Positions 1-9,995 of a DNA stretch of 64,000 nucleotides are shown piece after piece. The stretch is from Candidatus Adlerbacteria bacterium (GTDB lineage: Bacteria; Patescibacteriota; Minisyncoccia; Phycocordibacterales; SBAW01): the NCBI GenBank assembly GCA_963749085.1, contig CAVVLG010000002.1:19178-83177 (forward strand). The letters are read 5' to 3'. Under the pieces are notes generated by a model that was not told the DNA's origin, ran no database searches, and was given only the letters and a program-made list of their open reading frames with translations. A program made the translations under genes and the position numbers. Within the stretch, counting starts at the first letter, position 1, and the number at the start of each line of letters is the position of its first letter.

Positions 1-505
1 GCTCTGCAATGCCTTCGCCCGTTTTACTCGATACCGCGACGTAGGGTACCTCGCCACCCATACCCTCTAAGTACACATTGTGCTCAAGGAGCGAGAGCTT
101 TGTGCGTTCGACGTTTGCCGAGGGCTTGTCTATTTTCGTGAGTGCGACGATATAGGGAATGTCTCTCTCGCCAAGCAACTTCAAGGCTTCCAGAGTTTGT
201 GGCTTGACCCCGTCTTCGGCGGAGACGACCAATACGGCGACGTCAGCGACTTCAAGGCCCCGCATTCGCATTGCTTTGAATGCCTCATGCCCCGGCGTAT
301 CGAGGAACGTTATCGCATGCGTTCCGCCCGCATTCGTGTGTGTCGCTTCATACGCCGAAAGGTGTTGAGTGATGCCGCCGGCCTCGCCCTCGGCCACGTG
401 CGTTTTGCGGATATAGTCGAGCAGGGTCGATTTGCCGTGGTCGATATGTCCCACGACGGCAACGATGGGCGGCCTCCCGGCCCCTATGGATTCCTCTTTG
501 TTCAT
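1..505 (-). CDS. infB: Translation initiation factor IF-2 (5' part; runs off window start)
   Basis: Manual translation from ATG at 505: [52 protein letters not shown]...[10 protein letters not shown]...TKIDK, i.e. IF-2 G1-G4 motifs. Not in ORF track. Confidence 0.95.
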   Translation of the reverse strand, partial: MNKEESIGAGRPPIVAVVGHIDHGKSTLLDYIRKTHVAEGEAGGITQHLSAYEATHTNAGGTHAITFLDTPGHEAFKAMRMRGLEVADVAVLVVSAEDGVKPQTLEALKLLGERDIPYIVALTKIDKPSANVERTKLSLLEHNVYLEGMGGEVPYVAVSSKTGEGIAE

Positions 506-510
506 AAGCC

Positions 511-1002
511 TTATTTCTTTTTGTGGGATGCAATGGATTCTTTCGCTTTTTGTATGACTTGTCGCTCCTCGTTTGAAAGCTCGAACGTCGAGCGCCCCCC
601 TTCAAGGGGCTTCCCATAGACGCCGACCCGGTCGCGCGCGTAGAGGGTGGAGAGTACCACGCCGCTCCCGTATTCATCAAGAAACGCTGCGGAGAAGCTC
701 TGGTTGCCGCCCTGTCCTTCTCCCGAGAACGGATTGAAGCGCACTATCCCCACACCCTGCACGCTTCCGCGCAGTCGCATCTCCGAGAGCTTAAGATATT
801 TTTCAATTTCGCCGCGAAACTCCCGCATCTCCTTCATCTCGCGCGAAAGGACGTTGAGCGTCTCCTCAAGCGAGCCACTTCTTCCCATAAGCAGGCGATT
901 GAGTCGGCGCTCAAGGACGAATAGTAAGAGAAGAGCCAGAAGGGAGAAAATCAACGCTCCAACGACTAGATAGGGTACGGCACGCGTAAGGTACACGCTC
1001 AT
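511..1002 (-). CDS. DUF4446-like membrane-anchored protein
   Basis: N-terminal TM helix, coiled segment, then VGIVRFNPF..GGNQSFSAAFLDEYGSGVVLSTLYAR..RVGVYGKP...LSNEE typical of this family. Confidence 0.75.
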   Translation of the reverse strand: MSVYLTRAVPYLVVGALIFSLLALLLLFVLERRLNRLLMGRSGSLEETLNVLSREMKEMREFRGEIEKYLKLSEMRLRGSVQGVGIVRFNPFSGEGQGGNQSFSAAFLDEYGSGVVLSTLYARDRVGVYGKPLEGGRSTFELSNEERQVIQKAKESIASHKKK

Positions 1003-1064
1003 ATGGGAAAAGATATCTACTATGGAAGATGAGAGCTGCATAGGAATGTACTATTATATACCAC

Positions 1065-2234
1065 ATGAGGAGATTGTATGCCGACGCAGCGGCCGCCACG
1101 CCGCTTTCGAGGCGCGCGCGGCAAGAATTGCTGCGGCTGCTTGACCTCTACGGCAACGCCGGGGCGCTGCACTACGAGGGAGTCGAGGCAAAAAAGGAAC
1201 TTGAGACTGCGCGCGCTTCTGTAGCGAGAAGCATCGGTGCTCATGCGGATGAAATAGTATTCACCTCAAGCGGTACCGAAGGCAATAACCTCGCCATCCA
1301 AGGGGTGCTACGGCCACTGCTCCACACATACGGCGGCTTGCACGCGATAACGTGCGCGATTGAGCATCAATCCGTGCTGGAGCCTCTGCGCGCATTGCAG
1401 CGCGAAGGTCTCACGCTGACCGAGATGGAAGTCGACACCGAAGGCCTCGTCTCCCCGAAGGCGCTTGCTGAAGCGATAACCGACAAAACCGTTTTCGTTT
1501 CTATTCAACTGATGAATAGCGAAGTGGGGACGATAGAGCCACTGCATGATATCGCCAGGGGAATACGAAAGAAAAGAATTGGGCGATCATTACCGATTTA
1601 TTTCCATACTGATGCGTCACAGGCACTGCTCTGGGTTGATACAAAGGTAGATACTCTCGGCATTGACCTCATGACGCTTGACGCGCAAAAAGTACTTGGT
1701 CCCAAAGGAGTAGGGTGTCTCTATGTGCGGCGGGGTAGTGACATAGAGCCGGTGTTGTGGGGCGGAGCGCAAGAGCGGGGACTGCGCGGCGGAACGCCCA
1801 ATGTGCCGCTGATTGGTAGTTTTGCACTGGCGCTTGCCGATGCTCAAGCGACCGTACAGAAGAGAGCACAGAAAGTTTCTGAGATTCGGGATATGTGTAT
1901 TAAAGGGGTAATGGAACGCATACCTGATGCAATACTCAACGGTCCCTCGACCGCACACCGAGCTCCTAACAACGTAAATGTATCCATACCCGGGCTTGAA
2001 GCGCAGATGGCGGTTATTGCCCTTGACGCCGAAGGCATCGCCGCCTCGACCAGAAGTGCCTGCAACATCGGGGAAGAAGAACCTTCCCATGTCATTGAGG
2101 CGCTTGGCGTGCCGCGCGAATTAGCCGGCACGGCTATACGTCTTACCTTCCTGCCCGATGTATCAAGGGGTGATGCGAGACGCGTTGCGGAGACACTCGA
2201 AAAAGTTGCGCACCGGTATAGAAATATGGCATAA
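1065..2234 (+). CDS. iscS: Cysteine desulfurase (IscS/NifS type)
   Basis: YADAAAATP, FTSSGTEGNN, HTDASQ, PLP lysine DAQK, catalytic STRSAC. Confidence 0.9.
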   Translation: MRRLYADAAAATPLSRRARQELLRLLDLYGNAGALHYEGVEAKKELETARASVARSIGAHADEIVFTSSGTEGNNLAIQGVLRPLLHTYGGLHAITCAIEHQSVLEPLRALQREGLTLTEMEVDTEGLVSPKALAEAITDKTVFVSIQLMNSEVGTIEPLHDIARGIRKKRIGRSLPIYFHTDASQALLWVDTKVDTLGIDLMTLDAQKVLGPKGVGCLYVRRGSDIEPVLWGGAQERGLRGGTPNVPLIGSFALALADAQATVQKRAQKVSEIRDMCIKGVMERIPDAILNGPSTAHRAPNNVNVSIPGLEAQMAVIALDAEGIAASTRSACNIGEEEPSHVIEALGVPRELAGTAIRLTFLPDVSRGDARRVAETLEKVAHRYRNMA

Positions 2235-2245
2235 TAAAGGCACCT

Positions 2246-3049
2246 ATGGATCTGGAGCAGCTGACCAAGCATCAAATAGTCCTCCTGACGCTCTTGGTGA
2301 GCTTTGTCACCTCCATAGCGACTGGCATCGTGACCGTCTCGCTCCTGAGCCAAGCACCCCCGGGTGTTACCCGTACCATAAATCAAATAGTAGAGCGTAC
2401 CGTACAGGAAGTAACGCCGCCAACCCAGGGCGCCACACCCGTCACTACAGTGAAGACGGTCGTCGTCCAAAATGACGATCTAGTCGCGCAATCCATTGCA
2501 ACTATGCAAAAAAGCATCATTTATATCGTCGCAAAAGGAGGCACGGACTTGATTGCGCGCGGCATTATTATCGACAACAAAGGTACCGCGCTTACTGACA
2601 GCGCGGCCGTCATCGATTCGCCAGCGACCAGCTTCGAGGCATTGCTTGAAGACGGCGAGCGCCTGGCGGTCACTATTCCTTCAGGACAATCGACCACGAC
2701 ACCTATTCTCACCATTGATGTTGCAGTGGGTACTTCGACCGGCTTTATTCCGGCGGCGCTCGCCGACCAGAGCCAGCTGGGTCTCGGACAAAGCGTTGTT
2801 CGCATAGGGGGCGTCGGAAACGATGTGGTGGGAGAAGGGGTTATCGCCTCGCTCCCAAATCCTAAAAGCGGCGTCATACAGACTACTGTTTCTTCCGAGA
2901 CACCAGGCTCGATCGTTATGACGCTCTTCGGCGAGGCCATTGGCATCACGACCAGCGACTCTTTGCTAAGTGGTGATGAGTACTATACGCTGCTCCCTCA
3001 GACATCCACAACAACGACGCCTGAAACAAATTCGTCATCCGGTTCGTAA
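2246..3049 (+). CDS. Membrane-anchored trypsin/HtrA-like fold protein, probably catalytically degenerate
   Basis: TM anchor, GIIIDNKG..LT, ADQSQLGLGQSVVRIG, GVIASL, IQTT...PGS...LFGEAIGI; no GNSGG motif. Confidence 0.6.
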   Translation: MDLEQLTKHQIVLLTLLVSFVTSIATGIVTVSLLSQAPPGVTRTINQIVERTVQEVTPPTQGATPVTTVKTVVVQNDDLVAQSIATMQKSIIYIVAKGGTDLIARGIIIDNKGTALTDSAAVIDSPATSFEALLEDGERLAVTIPSGQSTTTPILTIDVAVGTSTGFIPAALADQSQLGLGQSVVRIGGVGNDVVGEGVIASLPNPKSGVIQTTVSSETPGSIVMTLFGEAIGITTSDSLLSGDEYYTLLPQTSTTTTPETNSSSGS

Positions 3050-3060
3050 TATAACTATCT

Positions 3061-5751
3061 ATGCCCCCATTCAATCATTTCACCACTAAAGCAAAAGAAG
3101 CCGTGAGGCGTGCGCATGAACTCGCAGTTGAGCGCGGCCAAAACCAGGTAAGCCCGACACACCTTCTCGGGGCACTTTTGCTGCAAGAGGAATCGCTGGT
3201 CACCTCGGTGCTGGAGAAGCTTGAGGTTGATGTCATTTTGCTTACCGATACCGTGCTCGAAGCGCTCGAAGGCACCCCAGGAGGATCGGTTCTTTCTCCA
3301 TCCTACCAGCTGTATTTGACTCCCGAGCTGGTACAGGCGCTTGAGCGCAGCGCCAAAGTGGCGACCGAACTTCACGACGAATTCGTCTCAACCGAACATC
3401 TCTTTATTGCCATCCTCGACGTGCAGGGCGCCGCGCGCGATCTTTTGAGTCGTTTCCGCATCACGCGCGAGGCGATATTGCGAGCACTCGGAGAACTGCG
3501 CTCAACCAAAACAGCCGCAGCTACCGAGTCAAAAAAGTTCCGCGCTCTGCCGAAATACACCCGCTCTCTCACCAAAGCAGCGCTTGAGAATAAGCTCGAT
3601 CCGGTCATTGGCCGCGACGAGGAAATTCAACGCGTCATCCAGATACTCAGCCGCCGCACCAAAAATAATCCTATTCTCATTGGCGAAGCCGGCGTGGGGA
3701 AGACCGCCATAGCAGAGGGACTCGCCTCCCGCATCGCCATGGGCGATGTGCCGGAATCGCTTAAAGATAAAGATCTCGTATCGCTTGATCTCGGCGCCTT
3801 GATAGCCGGTACCAAGTACCGCGGCGAATTCGAGGAACGCCTCAAGGCCATCATGAAGGAGATAGAACGATCCGACGGCAAGATCCTTCTTTTTATCGAC
3901 GAGATTCATACCATGATAGGCGCCGGCGCTGCGGAGGGCGCCATGGACGCAAGCAATATGCTCAAACCGGCTCTGGCGCGCGGCGATCTTCACGTCATAG
4001 GCGCCACGACTCTCAAGGAATATCAAAGGCACATTGAGCGCGACCCGGCGTTCCAACGGCGCTTCCAGCCAGTCTACGTGCTTGAGCCGTCAGTTGAGGA
4101 CGCAGTATCAATTCTGCGCGGTCTCAAAGAGAAATACGAACTGTTCCATGGAGTCCATATCACCGACGACGCTATCGTGTCGGCGGTGCAGTTGAGTGCC
4201 CGTTACATCCCCGACCGATTTTTGCCGGACAAGGCGATAGACCTCATTGACGAAGCCTCTTCTTCTTTGCGCATTTCGCTGGAGAATAAGCCGCCGGTGC
4301 TTGAGGATGCACATCGCAGAATCATGCGTCTTGAAGTCGAGAAGGAAGCTCTCCGCAAAGAGGCACAGGGAGAAGACCGTACCGCTAAGGCGCGCACTAA
4401 GGAGATAGAGCGCGATATAGCAGAGCTTAAGGAAAAAACATCCGAGATTGAGATGCGCTGGAAGAATGAGAAGCAGGTGTTGGGTGATATTAAGTCGATA
4501 AAGAAAGAACTTGAGAGTCTACGGCTCGAGGCCGATTCGGCCGAATCAGCCGTCGATCTGTCCCGCGCGGCTGAAATACGCTACGGAGAAATTCCCTCGC
4601 TTGAACGCGAGTTGGAACAAAAGACCAAGCGACTCAAAAAACTCCAAAGCACCCGCCGCATTCTCAAAGAAGAAATAAACGAGAGTGACATCGCTTCAGT
4701 CGTTTCAAAATGGACGAGTATCCCTGTTTCCCGAATGCTTGAGGAGGAAGCAGAGAAATTGTCCCGCATTGAAGGAGAACTTGAAAAGCGGGTGGTTGGC
4801 CAGCGCGAGGCGGTACAAAAAGTATCCGACGCGGTGAAGCGCAGTCGCGCAGGCATAGCCGATCCCAATCGACCCATTGCCTCCTTTATGTTTCTCGGGC
4901 CAACCGGAGTGGGGAAGACCGAACTCACGCGTGCGCTGGCGGAATTTATGTTTGACGATGAAAAGGCGCTCATACGCGTTGACATGTCGGAATATATGGA
5001 GAAGCACTCCGTCAGCAAAATAATAGGAGCGCCACCTGGCTATGTGGGACACGAAGAGGGCGGGGCATTGACTGAGCTAGTTCGCCACCGCCCGTACGCG
5101 GTGCTTCTCTTCGATGAGATTGAGAAAGCACATCCAGAAGTATTCAACATTCTCCTCCAAGTTCTCGACAATGGATATCTAACCGACGCCAAGGGGCGCA
5201 AGGTAAATTTCCGCAACACGGTTATCATCATGACGAGCAATATCGGCGCGCAATATATCGATAAAATGGAGCAAATAGGATTCTCCGCGCACGGTGGCAC
5301 TGATGCGAGCAACTATATTATGGCTAAAGAGCGTGTGGAACAATCTCTCAAGGACTACTTCAGGCCAGAATTCCTCAACCGTATCGATGAAATAATCATC
5401 TTCAATATTCTCTCGCCCGAGGCCGTCAAAGAAATCGTCGGCATTCAGATCAAAGAAGTGACGGCACGCCTCACGGCAAAAGATATCACACTTACTATCA
5501 TGCCGGCAGTCTATGAGTATCTTTCCAAGGAAGGTTACAATCCACGCTATGGAGCTCGTCCCTTGCGCCGACTGATACAGGATAAAATTCTCACCAAAAT
5601 AGCCAGCCTTATGGTTTCGCGCGGCATACTTCAGGGGGGCAGCGTTATCGTCGATATGCACAAAGGCGAGTTCTCGTTTGATGTTAAAAAAGGAAGGAAA
5701 GGGATGAAAGTCACGCCGAGCGTTGCGGCCGAAGAAAAAGTCGGGGCCTAG
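3061..5751 (+). CDS. clpB: ATP-dependent chaperone ClpB
   Basis: Clp N domain, two AAA+ modules ([16 protein letters not shown]), long coiled-coil middle domain. Confidence 0.93.
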   Translation: MPPFNHFTTKAKEAVRRAHELAVERGQNQVSPTHLLGALLLQEESLVTSVLEKLEVDVILLTDTVLEALEGTPGGSVLSPSYQLYLTPELVQALERSAKVATELHDEFVSTEHLFIAILDVQGAARDLLSRFRITREAILRALGELRSTKTAAATESKKFRALPKYTRSLTKAALENKLDPVIGRDEEIQRVIQILSRRTKNNPILIGEAGVGKTAIAEGLASRIAMGDVPESLKDKDLVSLDLGALIAGTKYRGEFEERLKAIMKEIERSDGKILLFIDEIHTMIGAGAAEGAMDASNMLKPALARGDLHVIGATTLKEYQRHIERDPAFQRRFQPVYVLEPSVEDAVSILRGLKEKYELFHGVHITDDAIVSAVQLSARYIPDRFLPDKAIDLIDEASSSLRISLENKPPVLEDAHRRIMRLEVEKEALRKEAQGEDRTAKARTKEIERDIAELKEKTSEIEMRWKNEKQVLGDIKSIKKELESLRLEADSAESAVDLSRAAEIRYGEIPSLERELEQKTKRLKKLQSTRRILKEEINESDIASVVSKWTSIPVSRMLEEEAEKLSRIEGELEKRVVGQREAVQKVSDAVKRSRAGIADPNRPIASFMFLGPTGVGKTELTRALAEFMFDDEKALIRVDMSEYMEKHSVSKIIGAPPGYVGHEEGGALTELVRHRPYAVLLFDEIEKAHPEVFNILLQVLDNGYLTDAKGRKVNFRNTVIIMTSNIGAQYIDKMEQIGFSAHGGTDASNYIMAKERVEQSLKDYFRPEFLNRIDEIIIFNILSPEAVKEIVGIQIKEVTARLTAKDITLTIMPAVYEYLSKEGYNPRYGARPLRRLIQDKILTKIASLMVSRGILQGGSVIVDMHKGEFSFDVKKGRKGMKVTPSVAAEEKVGA

Positions 5752-5795
5752 AAATATCTCTTTAAATAAGGTATTTTGTAGAGGTTCTCCTCTAT

Positions 5796-5882
5796 GCGTC
5801 GGTGGCAGAGTGGTCAATTGCAATTGGCTGTAAACCAATCGCCCTTGCGGCTACGTAGGTTCGAATCCTACCCGGCGCACCA
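5796..5882 (+). tRNA. tRNA-Tyr(GTA)
   Basis: Cloverleaf GCGTCGG...CCGGCGC-A-CCA, anticodon arm ATTGG CT GTA AA CCAAT, long variable arm, GTTCGAATC. Confidence 0.97.
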
Positions 5883-5932
5883 ATCTTGTTATTTAAGGAA
5901 CAACCCAAAAATTGGGTGTTATTATCATGCAT

Positions 5933-7780
5933 ATGAAGAGACTTTGGCGCTTCGCTGCGTTGCCTCTTGTGGTTTTTTATTTGTTTACACCACTATTGGC
6001 GTTGGCACAAACTACTCAAGGCGCTGTCTCTATCGTCCCAGTCGTTGAGCCACAGGGCGGTAATGCCTATAGCGGAACCAATGCACCAGTCGTGGCGATT
6101 GGACTTTCCAATACTGGCTTAAACAACGCTCTGATTAATTCAATTGTCCTTGGAGAACAGGGCTCGGCACCCAAGACCATTTTTACCGGATTTTCAATCG
6201 AAACTGCCTCGGGAACTCTTCTCGGTTCCTCTTCAGGTGGTCTTGGTACTGATAGCACGGTGATGGTTCCTGTGTCTTCGACCATTGTAGCAGGCTCGCA
6301 GGAAATATTTGTCGCGTATGCTTCAATCGCGAATAATGTTTCTCCCGCACTTGGAAGCAGTTTTACGTTTTCGGTGGTCGCGGTCAACTCTTCAGCAACA
6401 GTCGCCGGAGCTCTGCCTGTGAGTGGCGGCCAGTACGTCATAACGAGCGGCACGCCACCGCCCACCTGCATCATGAATGTCAATCCGGGGATCATTTCCG
6501 TCGGTGGGGCAATAACCTTAAGCTGGCAGAGTGCTAACGCAACTGGGGGCACTATTACAAGTGTAGGATCAGTCGGTCCTTCGGGATCTATAAATCTACT
6601 ACCATCTTCAGCGTCTTACACGACCTTTGTCGGCACGTTCACTGGGCCATCCGGAGTTACAGTGTCTTGTCAGGCTACAGTCCAAGTTAACAGCTCGAGC
6701 GGCATTATCACAGGTACCACACCGGCCTCAACGCCCGCACCTGCAACACCAGCCGCCTCCACGCCATCGTCTAGTGGTTCCTTGGTGCCTTGTGGGGCCG
6801 GCAACGGTACGCCCGGGAGCGGTGATGTCATAGGAATAAATCAAACCAACTCGACCGGATGCTCGGCTTGCGACTTGGGGTATCTTGTCGAAAATATTAT
6901 TACTCTTCTCATCGGACTCTCCATACCCATTGCCGCCGGCCTCTTCGCTTGGGCCGGTGTACTGTATTTCACCTCAGGCGCAAATCCGGGAAATATCGAA
7001 AAAGCAAAAAGCATATTTAGAAATGCATTGGTCGGTTTCCTTATCGCGATTACTGCGTGGTTGGTCATCAACACACTTCTGCAGACGCTCCTTGCTGGCA
7101 GTCCCACCATTCCGCAGGGCAGCTGGTTCACGATACAGTGTAATAGGAGTGGACGCGCGGTCAGCGGCACTATACAAACTCTCTTAAATTCATTGCCGAT
7201 TGTGAGCACGACTCAACCTGTGGGCACTTCCTATACCTGTCCAAGCAACTATACGCTTCTTGGAGCTGGGAACACATGTATAGATAATACTAATGGAGAC
7301 ATAATAAACGCAACGCCAATAACAAGTGGGAGTGGAGGGCCTGTTACCCAATGCACAAATTCAAATTGCAGTGTATCAAGCTTGCAATCAAATGGAATGA
7401 GTTCGAATGTAGCGAGCGTCATGTCTTGCATTGCCCAGACCGAAAATCCTAGCGGAAGCTTGTGTAATGGCAACGCATGCGGGACATTCCAGATAATGTT
7501 GTCACTCAATCCACTTAGTGGGTCGGCATGTTCACCATATCCAGTGACTAATTGTACTGGTCCCTCACAGTGTAATGCAGTTGGTAGCACAGCACAAAAT
7601 CTAAACTCGGCCGCGTGTCAGACTTGCCTAGCGAGTGAACAAAAAGCTGCGCTTAACCCTCAATGCAATGCACAATCGGCGAATGCTCTTGTCCAGCAGT
7701 CTGGTTATAGCTCCTGGACTTGCCCCGGTTGTAATTCGAATGCTCAAGCATGTGTAAGCACATACGGCTCCAGTAATTGA
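5933..7780 (+). CDS. Large secreted/surface protein with CPR-type pilin-like TM hairpin and Cys-rich C-terminal domain
   Basis: Signal peptide, Ser/Thr/Gly beta-rich region, LVPCG...C..CDL..LVENII...AWAG.LY.TSGANPG.IEKAK.IF.NALVGF...AWLVINT, then many Cys. Confidence 0.7.
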   Translation: MKRLWRFAALPLVVFYLFTPLLALAQTTQGAVSIVPVVEPQGGNAYSGTNAPVVAIGLSNTGLNNALINSIVLGEQGSAPKTIFTGFSIETASGTLLGSSSGGLGTDSTVMVPVSSTIVAGSQEIFVAYASIANNVSPALGSSFTFSVVAVNSSATVAGALPVSGGQYVITSGTPPPTCIMNVNPGIISVGGAITLSWQSANATGGTITSVGSVGPSGSINLLPSSASYTTFVGTFTGPSGVTVSCQATVQVNSSSGIITGTTPASTPAPATPAASTPSSSGSLVPCGAGNGTPGSGDVIGINQTNSTGCSACDLGYLVENIITLLIGLSIPIAAGLFAWAGVLYFTSGANPGNIEKAKSIFRNALVGFLIAITAWLVINTLLQTLLAGSPTIPQGSWFTIQCNRSGRAVSGTIQTLLNSLPIVSTTQPVGTSYTCPSNYTLLGAGNTCIDNTNGDIINATPITSGSGGPVTQCTNSNCSVSSLQSNGMSSNVASVMSCIAQTENPSGSLCNGNACGTFQIMLSLNPLSGSACSPYPVTNCTGPSQCNAVGSTAQNLNSAACQTCLASEQKAALNPQCNAQSANALVQQSGYSSWTCPGCNSNAQACVSTYGSSN

Positions 7781-7823
7781 TAAGAGTTTGCGCAAAAAAT
7801 CTATATAGAGTAGAGTCTTTGGT

Positions 7824-7979
7824 ATGTCACAGGATCGACTCATTATCCTTAAACACGCTGCCACGGGCGAGGTGTATTGGACAAGCAAAAATAAGAAAAA
7901 AGTGGAGCGCAAGATAGAGCTCAAGAAATACAGCAAAAAGCTGCGCAAGCACGTTATTTTCAAGGAAGCGAAGAAATAA
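7824..7979 (+). CDS. rpmG: 50S ribosomal protein L33 (Zn-free form)
   Basis: MSQDRLIILKHAATGEVYWTSKNKKKVERKIELKKYSKKLRKHVIFKEAKK; below ORF-track size cutoff. Confidence 0.93.
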   Translation: MSQDRLIILKHAATGEVYWTSKNKKKVERKIELKKYSKKLRKHVIFKEAKK

Positions 7980-7984
7980 GTCGG

Positions 7985-8055
7985 CGGGCGCTGAGGGAAT
8001 CGAACCCCCGACGGCGGTTTTGGAGACCGCAGTTATACCATTTAACTAAGCGCCC
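7985..8055 (-). tRNA. tRNA-Trp(CCA)
   Basis: Reverse complement GGGCGCT...AGCGCCC-G, anticodon arm GCGGT CT CCA AA ACCGC, GTTCGATTC; CCA end not encoded. Confidence 0.95.
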
Positions 8056-8068
8056 AATATGCGCTATC

Positions 8069-8956
8069 TTAGCCCGAAATAAACTTTTTTGCGAGCGAGA
8101 GCGCCTCTTTTTTGTCTTTAATCCAATATATATTTTTATTGTGTTTAAACCATCGATATTGCCGCTTGGCATAGCGGTTTATCTCCCGCTCAAGCTCTAT
8201 CTCAAACTGTGCTTGAGTCAGTTTATGTTGCAATAAAAAAGAAAGAAAACGGTATTCAAGTCCAAGCTCGCGCATACGTTTGTAGGAGAGACTCTCGCGG
8301 TGCAGCTCCTTAGCTTCACTTATCATGCCTGCCTTTATACGTACGCGTAGCCGCCTATGAATATTTCTGCGGAGTTTCTCAGAGGAGGGAGAGAGTCCGA
8401 GCCAGAGGATTTCATATTTCTCCTTGGTTTTTGGAAGGGGATTTTTGCCAATCGCTTTTGCTATTTCAATAGCTCGGATAAGTCGGCGCTTGTGCTCTGG
8501 CTCGATAGTCTTTGCTCGCCGAGGATCTAGTTTTTTGAGTTGTGTGAACAATTGTTTTGCAGAATAACGCTCTAGCCGCTTGCGCAAGGGCATATTCGGC
8601 GGCGCGTTCGGGAGCATAAGTCGTCCTAGCAAGACGTCTACATACAGACCCGTGCCGCCGACGAGAATAGGAAGGTGGCCATTTTGCTGTATGAGCATAA
8701 TTGCTTTTTCTCCCAGCTTTAAAAAGTCATCTGCACTGAATTGTTTCTTAGGGGAAACGACATCAAGCAAGTGGTGAGGAACGCCCTGCATTTCTTTTTT
8801 CGTCACCTTACCGGTACCAATATTAAGCCCTGTGTATACTTGTCTTGAATCGGCCGAAATAATCTCCCCATGCAATTTTTTGGCAAGCCAAATGCCCAAG
8901 GCGCTTTTGCCCGAGCTGGTCGGTCCCACGATACAGAGTATTTTGGTTCTACCCAC
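8069..8956 (-). CDS. miaA: tRNA dimethylallyltransferase
   Basis: GPTSSGKS, IISADSRQVY, PHHLLD, VGGTGLY, YAKRQYRWF; GTG start estimated. Confidence 0.95.
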   Translation of the reverse strand: MGRTKILCIVGPTSSGKSALGIWLAKKLHGEIISADSRQVYTGLNIGTGKVTKKEMQGVPHHLLDVVSPKKQFSADDFLKLGEKAIMLIQQNGHLPILVGGTGLYVDVLLGRLMLPNAPPNMPLRKRLERYSAKQLFTQLKKLDPRRAKTIEPEHKRRLIRAIEIAKAIGKNPLPKTKEKYEILWLGLSPSSEKLRRNIHRRLRVRIKAGMISEAKELHRESLSYKRMRELGLEYRFLSFLLQHKLTQAQFEIELEREINRYAKRQYRWFKHNKNIYWIKDKKEALSLAKKFISG

Positions 8957-9000
8957 AAAATGAATGTACAAACTTTTATGTGAAAAAGAAAGCACGGCAG

Positions 9001-9741
9001 TCAGCCGTGCTCTTTGCGCCATGTGATGATGCGCCAGTCCATCTCGTCGTAACGCTCTCGAGGCCAGAGGCCGCAGTGTACATATGCCGCCATCACGTCA
9101 CGCATAATGAATCTAGTGTGCACGTTATCGTAACCGGCTCGCTGGAGAGCCTCAGTACCGCCGAGCTCCCAATCGGCAAAGACAACGTGATGCATCTCGC
9201 GCGTGGGATAGCCCGCGCTCTCCAGATTGCCGAACGCTTCCAGCATCGCTTTGGCGGTTGAGATGATATTCTCGACCGTCATATAGCTATGTCGGAGCAG
9301 GTCGGGTCGATCAATGAGCGTTTGATCCCTGCCATGGTTCTTGGGCGCCGTTTGCATGAAGCTGAAGCACGTCTCTCTATTTACGAGATCCAAGCCGCGA
9401 ACAATGTACTCATTTACCGACAGCTGAGACACGCCTTGGGCGAGTTGATAGCCTGCCGTTGGGATGCCTATGAGACACCGTTGCTTTCCGTGCGTAAGTG
9501 GAAGCGTGTCCACCTTATCCTTAATGGCTGTGCACACTCGAAGCAATAGCAGCGGATTCAGCGCGAGATCGTTGCGCATTCGCACATATACATGGGATTT
9601 GAATCCGGAGTTGAAGGTTATTTCCTCATTGCTCCATGCGATAGTACCGTTCAGTTCCAGATCGTTAAGCAGCGACATGTCGGCGCGACTCAACATTCTT
9701 CCTGACGGTCCGCGAAATGACTTGCCAACGGATTCTTTCAT
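9001..9741 (-). CDS. Orotate phosphoribosyltransferase-like type I PRTase (divergent)
   Basis: FNSGFKSHVYVRMR, IGIPTAG, PKNHG, degenerate PRPP loop VENIISTAKA. Confidence 0.6.
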   Translation of the reverse strand: MKESVGKSFRGPSGRMLSRADMSLLNDLELNGTIAWSNEEITFNSGFKSHVYVRMRNDLALNPLLLLRVCTAIKDKVDTLPLTHGKQRCLIGIPTAGYQLAQGVSQLSVNEYIVRGLDLVNRETCFSFMQTAPKNHGRDQTLIDRPDLLRHSYMTVENIISTAKAMLEAFGNLESAGYPTREMHHVVFADWELGGTEALQRAGYDNVHTRFIMRDVMAAYVHCGLWPRERYDEMDWRIITWRKEHG

Positions 9742-9995
9742 AGCAGACCCCTGTGTTGCGGATGGTTCTACTCCGCGAGACACTCTAACAAATTGTTATA
9801 AAAAAGAAAGCGCCCAACAGAAGTTAGACACGTTTTACATGGTAGTTGTCCCGACAGAGGTTGTTACAAAAAAGATTTTCCTGTTTGTCTTTACAATGCT
9901 CTCGACGGCCTGTTAGTTTTTGACCGTACTGGGTGCTGGCAGGTCCCCCAAAATTTTCTCACCAAGTGAACGGGCATTACTAAGCTCGTAATACA

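Noticed and set aside
80-619. 179-aa plus-strand ORF
   Set aside because: Antisense shadow of infB; the minus frame carries all IF-2 motifs.
5779-5795. TAGAGGTTCTCCTCTA resembling the start of a preQ1-I riboswitch
   Set aside because: Loop too short, no A-rich 3' tail, and it precedes a tRNA rather than a que gene; just a small hairpin.
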